Virus record (IMG/VR): IMGVR_UViG_3300037515_000431
Location: 1-38,828 of that record
DNA: 38,828 nucleotides
Strand: one strand, 5' to 3'
DNA from: a virus
Lineage: Duplodnaviria; Caudoviricetes
The notes under the pieces are model-generated. The model had not been told where the DNA came from and searched no databases. It saw nothing but the letters and a program-made list of their open reading frames with translations. The position numbers were made by a program, and so were the translations under genes. How positions within the stretch are numbered: the stretch's first letter is position 1; the number at the start of each line of letters is the position of its first letter. Shown in pieces: positions 27,540-37,635 of this stretch.

Positions 27540-28505
27540 CTAAATAGCCGCCTCTAATATCAGCGACCAGTTTGCATACGTAATAGTGCTAAGCGTAAAT
27601 GCCGTCTTATCCAGAATCTTTATATCGTTGATCTGAATAGGCGTCAAATTTGTAGAATCAGCCGATAACTCTAACCCGTTATTATTAGCTCCATCCCACC
27701 GCAAACCTTTCAAATAAACACGATTAGATGGCGAATAATTAAGATCAGCAATATCACACAACAAATACGCATCAACACGCTTTGGCGTTAAACCCAAACC
27801 ATGTGCTGTTGCCGTAATTGCTTTAGAGCCAGTCGTTAATGCGATAGGATCACTAACAAAACCGGTAACAGATTCAACCGCACGAATAAGCAAACGAGTG
27901 TACATGTTATTTCCACGAGTTTCCGTGGAGGTTCTTGCTTGTAACGATGGGTCTAACTTAGCGGTATAATTTGTCTGAGCATTCGTACCAACACCGACAA
28001 ACGAACCTACATTTTCAAACACGCCAGTAACAGTGCCATAACCACCGTGCGCAATCGTGCCGGTAAAGTTTTCTAAAGCGTCAAGCTGCTTGGTTCCGAC
28101 GTTATCGCCAATGGTTCCATCCCCCCGATCAGTACGAGAAGCCGCATCTGGATCAACACCGGCACCGGCATCCTGAATCCGTAAAAACAACCCACGAGCA
28201 TCAGGGACGTTAAATGTTGTTACATTGTCACCCACTCCGTATTTAGTGCCAATCAACGCAAATAAATCAGCATAGGTTGCTCGAGAAACTTCTTGTCCAT
28301 CACAATCCAAAAAACCTGTTGGCGTAGTACTGTCAGACCAAAATAAATAACCACCAACAGGAATAGAGCCACCGCCACCACCAGCGCCTTCATCAATACC
28401 GTTATATAACGAGGTGACAATGTACTGCATGTCAGCAGCAGTAATATCACCCGCACTATTGTCTGCAAGCAGATCAAGCAAATCCTGTAAAGGAGGCAAA
28501 GCCAT
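27540..28505 (-). CDS. Tail fibre protein with tail-collar domain
   Basis: IPVGG...PTGFLDCDGQEVSRATYADLFALIGTKYG.GD..TTFNVPDARGLFLR. Confidence 0.88.
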   Translation of the reverse strand: MALPPLQDLLDLLADNSAGDITAADMQYIVTSLYNGIDEGAGGGGGSIPVGGYLFWSDSTTPTGFLDCDGQEVSRATYADLFALIGTKYGVGDNVTTFNVPDARGLFLRIQDAGAGVDPDAASRTDRGDGTIGDNVGTKQLDALENFTGTIAHGGYGTVTGVFENVGSFVGVGTNAQTNYTAKLDPSLQARTSTETRGNNMYTRLLIRAVESVTGFVSDPIALTTGSKAITATAHGLGLTPKRVDAYLLCDIADLNYSPSNRVYLKGLRWDGANNNGLELSADSTNLTPIQINDIKILDKTAFTLSTITYANWSLILEAAI

Positions 28506-29131
28506 TATCTAGCCCTCGTTAATTGTGTTGAACTAAAACGCTCATGCTTAGCTTGAGAACCATTAATTGCATAAGCATCCATTTTTCTCTTTTCATATTC
28601 CGCCGCCAACGCTTTAAACAAGCCAGCATTTTCAGAAATCGGCACACAAATTTCAGCTGCAAGGCGCAAAGAAAACGAATCAATAAACTGCGGAGTAAAT
28701 AAATTTATATCATCCGTTAAATCCATCCGCCGAACATACTCAACACGAATCGTGTCAGAGTTGGCTAAAATATAATCTCCCTCAACTCGCCAATCACCCT
28801 GCACATCACTCTCCGTTCCATCGTAACTAGCAGCATATTGGTCGTAACTTACCCGCCAAATATTTAAAGCGTCAGATGGCTTTGCAAATTGCTGATCAAA
28901 ACCAAATAGAGGAGGAGTAATTTCCGGCGTATCCAGCAAAGCGCGCTTTATTGCAAAACTCCACACGCGATCCTCTGTTACCACATCACGAATCAACGCA
29001 TAGTTTAATTTGCACAACTTTGCCTCAAGGCTTGAATCATCCAGATCAGCTACCAAACCGCTTGTGGCAGAAATCATATTTCCACCTATTCGCAAAATAG
29101 CTTTATTGCAAATATCAATCTCAGTCGTCAT
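28505..29131 (-). CDS. Tail tubular protein A / adaptor
   Basis: TEIDICNKAI..IG; WSFAIKR; F...F...LRLAAEI. Confidence 0.88.
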   Translation of the reverse strand: MTTEIDICNKAILRIGGNMISATSGLVADLDDSSLEAKLCKLNYALIRDVVTEDRVWSFAIKRALLDTPEITPPLFGFDQQFAKPSDALNIWRVSYDQYAASYDGTESDVQGDWRVEGDYILANSDTIRVEYVRRMDLTDDINLFTPQFIDSFSLRLAAEICVPISENAGLFKALAAEYEKRKMDAYAINGSQAKHERFSSTQLTRAR

Positions 29132-30690
29132 GCAATAACAGCCTCGCTTATAAAAGCAAACCGCTTAATAAAACCATGATATATATCAGCAGCAGCCGTT
29201 CTGCCACCAATGCGTAAAGACGTAGCCGCCCCAGCTATCACGTCCGTTGGCGTCTGTGTACCAACCACCGACCCATTAACAGCCAGCTTGTTATCTGCAC
29301 CAACCGAATGCCAAAGCCGAAGCATTTGTTTTTGAGGCACAACCCCGAGCACCGATTGAGCACCGATCAGACCGTTAAATAATGGAGAACCGCCCTTTGC
29401 TAAACGCCTGCTAGTCTCACCAACACTTTCATAAACACGTCCAAACGCCGCATTTGAATTGGTTGTGCGAATGTCCATCAACTCCGCCATAAACGTAAAC
29501 GCAGCCCCAGGGGCCGGATAAATATCATAAGCTGTGACAGGATATGTAAGAGATGAAGCGGAGCGCGTGCAAGATACCGCACCAGAAGCCATTAACGTAG
29601 AAGGTACATTAGTGCCTTGCTCTAACTGTGCACCCCATACATACACACCGCTGGTGCCATCTCCGTCATAAACCGTATCATTATTCTCATTGACCAAAAG
29701 TAACGCAGCATCTACTAAAGTCTCCGCGCTCGTTAATGCACTGACTGATACACGAAACCACCCATCCGACAGCGCAATAATTGACGCAGCTCCATTTGTA
29801 TAAAGACCTCTAAACGCAATAAAATATACGCCATTATTCAAATCAAAATAACAATCAATACCGTTCCCTGGTGTAACGCTATCTAAAATTGTCGCCATCA
29901 CTATCGTGCGCTCGTCTGGATGCACGTACCACGATTGCGTGACGTAAGCACTTGCAGCCTTGGTAATATTAGTTTTTCCAATATAATGCGGGCTTGCTAC
30001 ATCAACAGTCTCTTGCAAACGAAAAGCATCAATAGAGGGAACTGGTGACGGAAAAGGTAACTCCGTAACAGTAGCGCCAGCAAGCTCCCAAATCACATTC
30101 GTTAAAGCAATTGCGTGTAAAAACAAATTAGCACTTGCAAATTCGAAGTACATTCCATACTTACCATGCACATACGGAGTGTTACTAACTGCGGCTACTA
30201 AATACCCGGTGCCATCATCGTAATACACTGTTCCATCAGCATCAGTCCGCGTATAAGTACCTGTCACCGTCCCGCCAGCATCTAAAGCAATGTCCAAACC
30301 ACTGCTTAGGTCGGCATACGAAATCACACCAGGGCCACCGCGCATTAAAAAATCACGCCACAAATCACTTCTGTGGGTACCAGCAATCCATTCCGCCAAT
30401 GATATGCCGCTATTCAAACAGGCAACTGCTACGCGGCCCAGCGGAGCAACTGGCGCAACAGAAACAGACAAGTTGTCATACGCATACTTTGCAACATTAC
30501 GAAAGCAATCACTTATGGTGTCTGCCGGGACACCCAAATCAATGCAGTATTGTTCAAAATAATCAAAATCAAGATCATTAAAAGCCTGCCCACTAGGAGC
30601 AGCCAGGTTTAACAACAAATAATCTCGCCACAACTCATTAACCTGATTTGACACGCATAGCCTCCGCTCGCTTGCGAACCCGATCACCAA
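29128..30690 (-). CDS. Virion fibre / head-spike-like protein
   Basis: Beta-rich; DGWFRVSVS and YDGDGTSGVYVWGAQLEQG motif. Start uncertain (possibly GTG near 30657). Confidence 0.7.
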   Translation of the reverse strand: MVIGFASERRLCVSNQVNELWRDYLLLNLAAPSGQAFNDLDFDYFEQYCIDLGVPADTISDCFRNVAKYAYDNLSVSVAPVAPLGRVAVACLNSGISLAEWIAGTHRSDLWRDFLMRGGPGVISYADLSSGLDIALDAGGTVTGTYTRTDADGTVYYDDGTGYLVAAVSNTPYVHGKYGMYFEFASANLFLHAIALTNVIWELAGATVTELPFPSPVPSIDAFRLQETVDVASPHYIGKTNITKAASAYVTQSWYVHPDERTIVMATILDSVTPGNGIDCYFDLNNGVYFIAFRGLYTNGAASIIALSDGWFRVSVSALTSAETLVDAALLLVNENNDTVYDGDGTSGVYVWGAQLEQGTNVPSTLMASGAVSCTRSASSLTYPVTAYDIYPAPGAAFTFMAELMDIRTTNSNAAFGRVYESVGETSRRLAKGGSPLFNGLIGAQSVLGVVPQKQMLRLWHSVGADNKLAVNGSVVGTQTPTDVIAGAATSLRIGGRTAAADIYHGFIKRFAFISEAVIA

Positions 30691-30952
30691 GCCGCTCGTA
30701 AACCGTTGGGCTTACAAGGTGTGAGTGTTGGTTTAAAAAATTAAGGGCGGATAGCAAAAAAGGATTTAACGGAATTGCCTCAAGACCAGCATTAAACACA
30801 ATATAGCCTTGACCATTAATCTCCGTAAACTTCCACGCATGACCACTACAAACAAACACCAGGTTTGGCGCATCAGGACTCAACGAAAGCGGTTTACAAT
30901 GCTTTAGAGCGAATCCCCACAACCACCGCCGAAGTGCATCTTTAATTTTCAT
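30638..30952 (-). CDS. Hypothetical protein (start re-assigned to MKIKDA)
   Basis: In the late operon, overlapping its neighbours. Confidence 0.5.
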   Translation of the reverse strand: MKIKDALRRWLWGFALKHCKPLSLSPDAPNLVFVCSGHAWKFTEINGQGYIVFNAGLEAIPLNPFLLSALNFLNQHSHLVSPTVYERLGDRVRKRAEAMRVKSG

Positions 30953-31199
30953 CTGCGGCTTTAGCGTTCTTGCTAAAAAAACCGGCACCCACTTTCTCTT
31001 CCTTGGCTTTGGTCTTTTTTCCGGGCAGCTCTAAACCATACTTGGTAACAAAGAAATCAACAAACGATTGACAGCAGTCAACAGGAAGCTGCAAGGACGC
31101 CGCCAACCCGACTACATCCAAAACCTCACCCGTATCAACTGCGAATTGCACAGCACGATCAATCGCTAACTGATCAGATAAATTTGCCCCACCTTTCAT
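30942..31199 (-). CDS. Hypothetical protein
   Basis: In the late operon with a GGGGG RBS. Confidence 0.6.
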   Translation of the reverse strand: MKGGANLSDQLAIDRAVQFAVDTGEVLDVVGLAASLQLPVDCCQSFVDFFVTKYGLELPGKKTKAKEEKVGAGFFSKNAKAADEN

Positions 31200-31209
31200 A
31201 ACATACCCC

Positions 31210-31665
31210 CTAAGAAACTAACTCGCGCATAAAATCATTAAGATAACCAGCAGCCGCAAACGCAATGCCAGTGGTTTTTGGACTCGGATCATTAATAACA
31301 AGCGACATATTCTTGCCATCAGTAAAAAGTCCAGATAACGCAAGCACCGCAGGATCAGGAATATTGAGCATACTCACACTCGTCTTCGGAGAACCATTTA
31401 CACATCCAATCGCTAAAGCAGTGCCCGTAGCCAATGTGGTATAAGTTCTTGAGTTATCAATAATGCTATTAGCCAACGTAAGCGCCGGGACAGACACCTG
31501 ACCAGATTCAATCTGAGCAAGCACAATATCCGCCTCATCAATAAGCAAACCGATAGAGCCAGCCGGTACAGCAACCCCCACAAATTCCGTAGTAGCAATT
31601 CCAGCGGTATAAACAACATCCGCTTTCCGGCCCAACAAGGGCATTACAAATGATGCAACCGTCAT
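31210..31665 (-). CDS. Putative virion structural protein
   Basis: Directly after the capsid gene; GAGGA RBS. Confidence 0.6.
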   Translation of the reverse strand: MTVASFVMPLLGRKADVVYTAGIATTEFVGVAVPAGSIGLLIDEADIVLAQIESGQVSVPALTLANSIIDNSRTYTTLATGTALAIGCVNGSPKTSVSMLNIPDPAVLALSGLFTDGKNMSLVINDPSPKTTGIAFAAAGYLNDFMRELVS

Positions 31666-31682
31666 AAAATTTATCCTCTAAT

Positions 31683-31710
31683 AAAAAAGGGCGGGTTTCC
31701 CCGCCCCTTT
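31683..31710 (-). terminator. Terminator after the major capsid gene
   Basis: Minus strand GGGCGGG-GAAA-CCCGCCC-TTTTTT. Confidence 0.85.
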
Positions 31711-31717
31711 GTTTTCA

Positions 31718-32584
31718 TTAACTGTTTAACACGTTAATTTTTACAACATGCTCGTCCTCAACACGCACGGCACCAAACACCGCCATGCAGTAAAGAGACC
31801 AGGCAAATGAACGGCTTGGGTCTTGTTGAACAAACGTAGTGATATCCTTATTTATTTGCAAACCAATGCCACGCTTGGTAAACGCATAATTGTTTAAAGT
31901 GCCAGCGCCACCTGAATCAAGCAGCGTAGAACATATCCACGTGAAACCCATCCAGTTCGGCACAATGCCAGTACTGGATAATTGATCCAGTTTCTGACGC
32001 ACATAATCACTTGATGTGGCTTCTGTGGTTTGCATCAATTGCCGAATTTGCACAGGGCCAACTACATAGACCTTCGGCACATCGGGCATGACGTTATTGC
32101 TCATAAACTTCTCTTGCACCTGGGTCACAATGTCAAAAGAAATTGGTGCTATGCCAGTGCCAATTAACTGACCGGCTGGATATGGATTAGCTACACCATC
32201 ACCATCCAGTGCAGTACCACCAAGTGCCGCAACGATTGAATTGTCAAAAGCGCGCCGCATGGCAAAACCCATGGACTGGTTCAGCCCACCGTTTATATCC
32301 ACCAAGGCTTGCGTGGGGTCTTCTTGTTCCACCAATTCGCCAACATTCCAGATTTGCGCTAAAGACACACGACGACTGAACACAAAATCAGCAACCGGGG
32401 TCGCTTGTGCACGAGTAGTTTTTTGTGTGGCTTCTTTGGAACCCAAACGCTCCCAGTTATGGTTTACACCATCAACTCCGCGCTCAGTAACATATGGACG
32501 TAAACGATTAACTTCTTGTTGGGCCAGAAAACGCAAATTGCGCTCAAAGGTCTGTATATAAATCTTATCAATAGTGGTTGACAT
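31718..32584 (-). CDS. Major capsid protein
   Basis: QQEVNRLRPYV...AMRRAFD...WMGFTWI...FGAVRVEDEHVV; BPP-1-like position after the scaffold. Confidence 0.9.
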   Translation of the reverse strand: MSTTIDKIYIQTFERNLRFLAQQEVNRLRPYVTERGVDGVNHNWERLGSKEATQKTTRAQATPVADFVFSRRVSLAQIWNVGELVEQEDPTQALVDINGGLNQSMGFAMRRAFDNSIVAALGGTALDGDGVANPYPAGQLIGTGIAPISFDIVTQVQEKFMSNNVMPDVPKVYVVGPVQIRQLMQTTEATSSDYVRQKLDQLSSTGIVPNWMGFTWICSTLLDSGGAGTLNNYAFTKRGIGLQINKDITTFVQQDPSRSFAWSLYCMAVFGAVRVEDEHVVKINVLNS

Positions 32585-32769
32585 AAGGTCACTCCGTAAA
32601 CAAAAAGGATTAGCTTTTCGCCTATGGGTGCCTGGTCAAATCAAACCAGATCATATCGACTTGCCAGTTTTTCCTGACTGACCGCAGGTTTTATACGGGA
32701 TATATAAATATAGGTGTCCGTATATCTACCAAATATATACCCATTTCTTTAAAGAAAGCAAGAATTAAT

Positions 32770-33093
32770 TTAACGGCGCTTAAATGCGTCACTCATTGAA
32801 TGAGCGGCACCACCGGCCCCTAGAGCGGCCAAAGTAACCGGATCAATCTCTGGACGAAAATATATGAGCACCACACAAGCAAAAAAATGACAAGCAGCCC
32901 CGAGTACCGGGGCCATCTTGTACAGCGCATCAACCCATGGGATGGTTTGTGCATTTAAGCCAGCTATGCGCAAATCTTTCTCGATGCCAGCTAATTCAAC
33001 TTTGATTTTCTCGCGCAAGTCACGATCAGGAACTGCCTTATCAACAATATCCAAAATTTTATTGAACGGGTTTATATAATCAAGAAACGACAT
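32770..33093 (-). CDS. Holin-like membrane protein
   Basis: ILDIVDKAVPDRD N-terminus like 3TM/GTA holins; hydrophobic C-half. Confidence 0.55.
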   Translation of the reverse strand: MSFLDYINPFNKILDIVDKAVPDRDLREKIKVELAGIEKDLRIAGLNAQTIPWVDALYKMAPVLGAACHFFACVVLIYFRPEIDPVTLAALGAGGAAHSMSDAFKRR

Positions 33094-33227
33094 CAGAACC
33101 CTGCTTTATCCAGTCGCCTTGTTAGATACTCAATGTGTACCGAGTGTTTTCCTGTGATCACCATAAGCGCCACAAGATTCGCCACCGAACACACTACCGC
33201 CGCCGTTAATAAAGATTCAATTACCAC
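33093..33227 (-). CDS. 44-aa single-pass membrane peptide (not in the ORF track)
   Basis: GTG start; MVIESLLTAAVVCSVANLVALMVITGKHSVHIEYLTRRLDKAGF; TGATG coupling to the holin-like gene. Confidence 0.55.
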   Translation of the reverse strand: MVIESLLTAAVVCSVANLVALMVITGKHSVHIEYLTRRLDKAGF

Positions 33228-33252
33228 TTCTACAGCCCCTTATAAAAAATCA

Positions 33253-34077
33253 TTAGTTTCCGGCGGCCATTGCCACAAGCTCCGTCACACGCTTGATAGC
33301 CCTTGGATCAGCCTTGTGAAAAGGATGCTTGGGATTGTTATATATCTCATTCAAGCGCTCCTCCGCCTCATACGGCGACAGCTTGCTTTCGTTTGCAGCA
33401 TTGGTGGTGATGCCATCCTGGTTCACTACCGCAGCGGTCTCCTTGCCAGACTTAATCAATCCATGCAACCAAAGCAATTCATTAGCTTTGGCTGTTCCTG
33501 CTTCAATTGCCCTAACCAAATGCTCTGGCGCGCCTGAGCGTTTGGCAAAATCCAGCACTTCTTTCATGCGATCTTCTGCCACAACCCCCCACTCTTTTTT
33601 AAGCAGCTCCGTATCTTGCGCCCTGGCATTCTCATACTCAGTACGAGAACCAGACGCATCTTCAACAAATCGCTTGACCAGGTTTTTAAATTGCCGCTTT
33701 GTCATGTCTGCCGCAGAAGCCAACCCACGCAAGTGATCAAGCTCAGCCTCATTCAGTTCATAACCCTCCGTTTTGGGCGGCACATATTCATCAATCTTCT
33801 CTGGACGCCCCAGCTTTTTAAGCGCGCCCGCATACCCTTCATCGTCATCATCACCAGGCACTTCCATCAAAGAAGGAACCTTGTTCATTAACTTGCTGCG
33901 AAACTCCGCACGAGCTGCCTCATCCGCATCGTCCGATGGAATCCGAATAGAATTGCCCGCATAAGAATGCTGATCCTGCACCCGCTTCCAGAACTTCTCC
34001 TCGCTATCAATCCCTTGCAACAAACTAGATGCCTTCACGGCTTCCGGTAATTTTGCTTTCCAGTCTTCTTCACTCAT
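33253..34077 (-). CDS. Capsid scaffolding protein
   Basis: WKAKLPE...LGRPEKIDEY...LKKEWG...HPFH; between portal and capsid. Confidence 0.85.
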   Translation of the reverse strand: MSEEDWKAKLPEAVKASSLLQGIDSEEKFWKRVQDQHSYAGNSIRIPSDDADEAARAEFRSKLMNKVPSLMEVPGDDDDEGYAGALKKLGRPEKIDEYVPPKTEGYELNEAELDHLRGLASAADMTKRQFKNLVKRFVEDASGSRTEYENARAQDTELLKKEWGVVAEDRMKEVLDFAKRSGAPEHLVRAIEAGTAKANELLWLHGLIKSGKETAAVVNQDGITTNAANESKLSPYEAEERLNEIYNNPKHPFHKADPRAIKRVTELVAMAAGN

Positions 34078-34079
34078 GA

Positions 34080-34274
34080 TTAATCTCCTAATAACGTGTT
34101 GGTAATAGTTGTAACAAATTCCAGCTTGCCAACGCGATTAGCTAAAATCATCGCATTCTCATGCTGAACCCCTGAATAAATGTGATATTGCGTCCATAAC
34201 TGTAACAACTCGCGCCCATCGGGCGTGTTGAATACTTTCCTGACTAATGCAATTTCTTTGTCTAATGGTTTCAT
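34080..34274 (-). CDS. Bbp19-like small protein
   Basis: VFNTPDGRELL motif; follows the portal gene. Confidence 0.65.
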   Translation of the reverse strand: MKPLDKEIALVRKVFNTPDGRELLQLWTQYHIYSGVQHENAMILANRVGKLEFVTTITNTLLGD

Positions 34275-35932
34275 GCTGCCCCCTGCATTGCTTGTTTGCC
34301 TTCACCCATCGCCGCAGCCCCTTTACCCATTTGCTCAGCTAACAGAGCTTCTTCCATTGCCTGCTGTTTAGCCGCATTCTCTTGCCGCACCTGGTTAATT
34401 TCTACAGACGTGTTTTGCATCTTCGCAGGCACTCCAAACATGTTCCCGCTTCCTTTGGTAATCTCATCCCAATTCGGCACATCCAGCACTTTCGGATTTA
34501 ATTGCGCCATGCCGCCCAAAAATTGAACCCAATTTTGAACAGCCATTACATTAGATGCTTCTTGCGCCTTAGCCATCGAACCTACATATTCAATCTCAAT
34601 CTCACCGCGCTCCTCAGCCACAACGTCTGGCATCTCCGGCATTCGACCAGCTCGTAACAAAATTCGGAAAGAACGCGACAAAGCAGGCGACAATAAATCA
34701 GTTTGCAACCTGGCAAGCGTAGGGCCAAAGATTCTTTCTAGTTGCTGCATTCGCACACTAATTTCCGTTGCGGTTACAGGGCTTGGTTGCATAGGTGGCA
34801 ACAAAAGCTGATTAATAAAAAAGTAATCCTTAATATTATTTTGCAAGCGCTCTACTTCATAATTGCGCACATCAAAACGCGCTACCGATTGCAAAGGCGC
34901 AAGCTCTTTCATGTCACGCACTGTTGTTAGGCCACCGGCATTCAAATCCATGTCACCAATTAAACCGCGCTGGGTTGTCATCATTGGAGGATCAATTGCT
35001 TTCTCTACTGCCGCTAAACTCAATTCAATTAAACGCTGCAAAGTAATATTGTCACCCAATGCAATCATCGCAGGAGAGTTGCCCCACATTGAATCAGACG
35101 TTTTTCGCCAACGCGGAATAAATGCGGGCATCTCATAATAGCCACCCTCTTCACCCAATTCGCTTTCTGGATCACTCTCTAAAACATACTTAAACCCATA
35201 AGGGCGCTTTGTTGCATCCATAATCTTGCTATCAGTTGTTTTATACTCAACCCCCTCGCGCTTAAAAATACAAAACCAGACAACATACTTCAGATCATCG
35301 TTATAACCATCGCCATTAATCAAGTCCATTATCCATTCAGGCGTATCCTGACCAAACTTTGAATAAATTTCTAAACCAGACCAGTTAAGCTTCCGATAAA
35401 AATTAAGCACATGGCCTTTAAAGTCTTGTTCAAAAAAACATTCTTTTAACGGAATGCTTTTAAATACCAACTCTTCGCGCCCTTCGCTCGTTTCACTTTC
35501 TTCAATAATAATAGACGTACCATAATTCACTAAGTCTTGATACGTTTCATTTATTTCTACATTAAAATTAGAGTCCTGCAACGCAGAATAAACACGCTTG
35601 CCACATTCTTCCAGCCATACTTTTGCATCAACATCATCATTTAATTCATCCTGGCGATAACGAAAAGAAAAAAATTGCGTACTCGCACTGGTTAAACTCG
35701 AATGCAAAGAACTAGCTAAATTCTGTGAAGCCATCACACCAGTGCCGTCATACAACCACGGCCTGCGCCATTCAATTGAATTCTCGCTGCTTTCATCTTT
35801 AAAAAAACGACCGCGATAGGGCGCAAAATAACGCTCTACCTGTTCCCATATATCTTCAATCGTATAACGATTCCCGGCACATTGCCGAGCACGTCTAACT
35901 ATTTCCTGACTCTTCATTGCCAACCCCTGCAT
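34271..35932 (-). CDS. Portal (head-tail connector)
   Basis: YDGTG..A...LAS.L, SNF......YQDLVNYGT, PRW.....WGNSPAM.AL, TATEI, GP.L.RLQ. Start could be MKSQ. Confidence 0.93.
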   Translation of the reverse strand: MQGLAMKSQEIVRRARQCAGNRYTIEDIWEQVERYFAPYRGRFFKDESSENSIEWRRPWLYDGTGVMASQNLASSLHSSLTSASTQFFSFRYRQDELNDDVDAKVWLEECGKRVYSALQDSNFNVEINETYQDLVNYGTSIIIEESETSEGREELVFKSIPLKECFFEQDFKGHVLNFYRKLNWSGLEIYSKFGQDTPEWIMDLINGDGYNDDLKYVVWFCIFKREGVEYKTTDSKIMDATKRPYGFKYVLESDPESELGEEGGYYEMPAFIPRWRKTSDSMWGNSPAMIALGDNITLQRLIELSLAAVEKAIDPPMMTTQRGLIGDMDLNAGGLTTVRDMKELAPLQSVARFDVRNYEVERLQNNIKDYFFINQLLLPPMQPSPVTATEISVRMQQLERIFGPTLARLQTDLLSPALSRSFRILLRAGRMPEMPDVVAEERGEIEIEYVGSMAKAQEASNVMAVQNWVQFLGGMAQLNPKVLDVPNWDEITKGSGNMFGVPAKMQNTSVEINQVRQENAAKQQAMEEALLAEQMGKGAAAMGEGKQAMQGAA

Positions 35933-36140
35933 TAGCTAAAGTTAATAACGACATAATCCCTGCTTCTTTACGTTTCATTGGGTTAATCATCCCGCAGCTT
36001 TCCTGATAATCCCACGCCAGAAATAACCCACGGTTCGGATTAACAAAAACATTCTTATGCCGAACCTCACCAGTGCTTCTAAAAACACGAGTGGGCCGCG
36101 CAATATCTTCAATAGTGGCATCTCTGCATTTCAATTCCAT
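35895..36140 (-). CDS. Hypothetical protein
   Basis: TGATG coupling to terL. Confidence 0.55.
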   Translation of the reverse strand: MELKCRDATIEDIARPTRVFRSTGEVRHKNVFVNPNRGLFLAWDYQESCGMINPMKRKEAGIMSLLTLANAGVGNEESGNS

Positions 36141-37465
36141 CAGCAGCTCCTGATAACCTTTCCGCGAGGCATTGCAGATAAATAACGGTGATCGCTAGTA
36201 ACGCGGCCCCGATTAAAGCTCTCGTCGTAACAAACGGCTAAGTAGCGAAAGGAATCCGCTCCGTGTACAAACTGATCCTTATGTTCCAGATTTAAAAACT
36301 GCCCTGTTCGCTCATCTTTCTTTTTACGAAAATTTTCAAGGCAATCCACACCAGCAGCAGTCTTAGTCTTATCAAACACACAGCGAGACAAAACCGTGCG
36401 TACCGCATGAATACCGTCTTCTTTAGAAATCTTTTTACTCGATACCGTAACATCAAACCCCATCTCCCGAACACACTCAAGCCGCGTTCTCCCAGTAAAC
36501 AAATCATGCACACCAATATCCCATGGCATAAATAATTCAGCATATACATAAGGTTTGTACTGAATTTCTTTCAATACATCCATCAACCCAACACCTACAA
36601 ACTCCTGGTATTCAATCAACCGTATTTCGTTTTGAAAAAATTGTGCAAACCACAACGCAGTGTGATCGCTATAGCCAAGATCAAATGCAACAAACACCGG
36701 CAAACAAGGCTCATAAGGTACAGACATAATCCGCCCCTCTTCATGTACCCGTTTCATTTCATTATCGTAAAAGCTACCTTCAATCCCTGCGCTCCAATCA
36801 CATAACATTTCCTGACGAAATTTGTTTTCAGGCATTGAATCCCTCATGCTCTGTAATTCTTTTTCTGACAGTATCCCGGTCTCATCAGCTCGATACGTTG
36901 CACAAAACCATTCATCATCATTCATGGCCATGCGTTCCTGCGCTCTCCTGAAAATATCGTAGAATTGATTCTTGCCCTGTGGGGTGCCCAAAAAAGTTGC
37001 ACCACCTCCCCGGTCTGCACAAGCTGGCCTACAAACCTCTTCCCAAATAGAAACAGGCATCAAGCCGTACTCATCAAATACAATGTGATCTATAAATACA
37101 CCGCGCAAAGAATCCGGGTGATCAGCCCCCAGACACTGAATGATGGCTTCATTCCCATCTCCCAGCGGAATAACAACCTTCAACTCACTTTCGTATTGTT
37201 TTACGTTGGGCAAGTTATAGGTGTAAGTCTTTAAAACTCCCCACGCAATACGTTTGGCCTGTACCAGATACGGGGCCATATAAAACATTTGGGGCTTATG
37301 TAGAGGACAATTAATGGATAAATCAATTAATTCATTGATGGCTAACACCGTCTTGCCGAACCGACGATGTAGCGCAAGTACAGAGAACCTGGTTAAACGC
37401 TTATGCAGCTCCGCTTGCAATGGGCGAGGTGTATAACCAGTACTGACAACCTTGATTTGTGCCAA
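36140..37465 (-). CDS. terL: Terminase large subunit
   Basis: HRRFGKT Walker A; LRG...IVFDEY Walker B; GTPQG; DLGYSD and HGADSFRY nuclease motifs. Confidence 0.95.
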   Translation of the reverse strand: MAQIKVVSTGYTPRPLQAELHKRLTRFSVLALHRRFGKTVLAINELIDLSINCPLHKPQMFYMAPYLVQAKRIAWGVLKTYTYNLPNVKQYESELKVVIPLGDGNEAIIQCLGADHPDSLRGVFIDHIVFDEYGLMPVSIWEEVCRPACADRGGGATFLGTPQGKNQFYDIFRRAQERMAMNDDEWFCATYRADETGILSEKELQSMRDSMPENKFRQEMLCDWSAGIEGSFYDNEMKRVHEEGRIMSVPYEPCLPVFVAFDLGYSDHTALWFAQFFQNEIRLIEYQEFVGVGLMDVLKEIQYKPYVYAELFMPWDIGVHDLFTGRTRLECVREMGFDVTVSSKKISKEDGIHAVRTVLSRCVFDKTKTAAGVDCLENFRKKKDERTGQFLNLEHKDQFVHGADSFRYLAVCYDESFNRGRVTSDHRYLSAMPRGKVIRSC

Positions 37466-37496
37466 TGGCCAAAAACCCCGCTTGAAAGCAGGTGAT

Positions 37497-37579
37497 CATA
37501 TAACACTTATATACAAATTAACAAGCAATCACAATGGTTTGCAAAAAGCAAAGCCCAGTTGACATATAATAAATATAAA
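37497..37579. promoter_or_regulatory. Two candidate operators upstream of terL
   Basis: CATATA-ACACT-TATATA (37497-37513); CATATA-ATAAA-TATAAA (37563-37579). Confidence 0.55.
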
Positions 37580-37588
37580 CCAATAGAT

Positions 37589-37627
37589 AAAAAAATAGCG
37601 CACGAACTGCCATGCGCTATTTTTTTT
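37589..37627 (-). terminator. Terminator closing the RAMP gene + array transcript
   Basis: Minus strand ATAGCGCA-TGGCAGTTCG-TGCGCTAT-TTTTTT, a few nt after the array. Confidence 0.85.
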
Positions 37628-37635
37628 CATTAGGC

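Noticed and set aside
27540-30690. Diversity-generating retroelement as in BPP-1
   Set aside because: No reverse transcriptase ORF and no TR/VR repeat pair seen.
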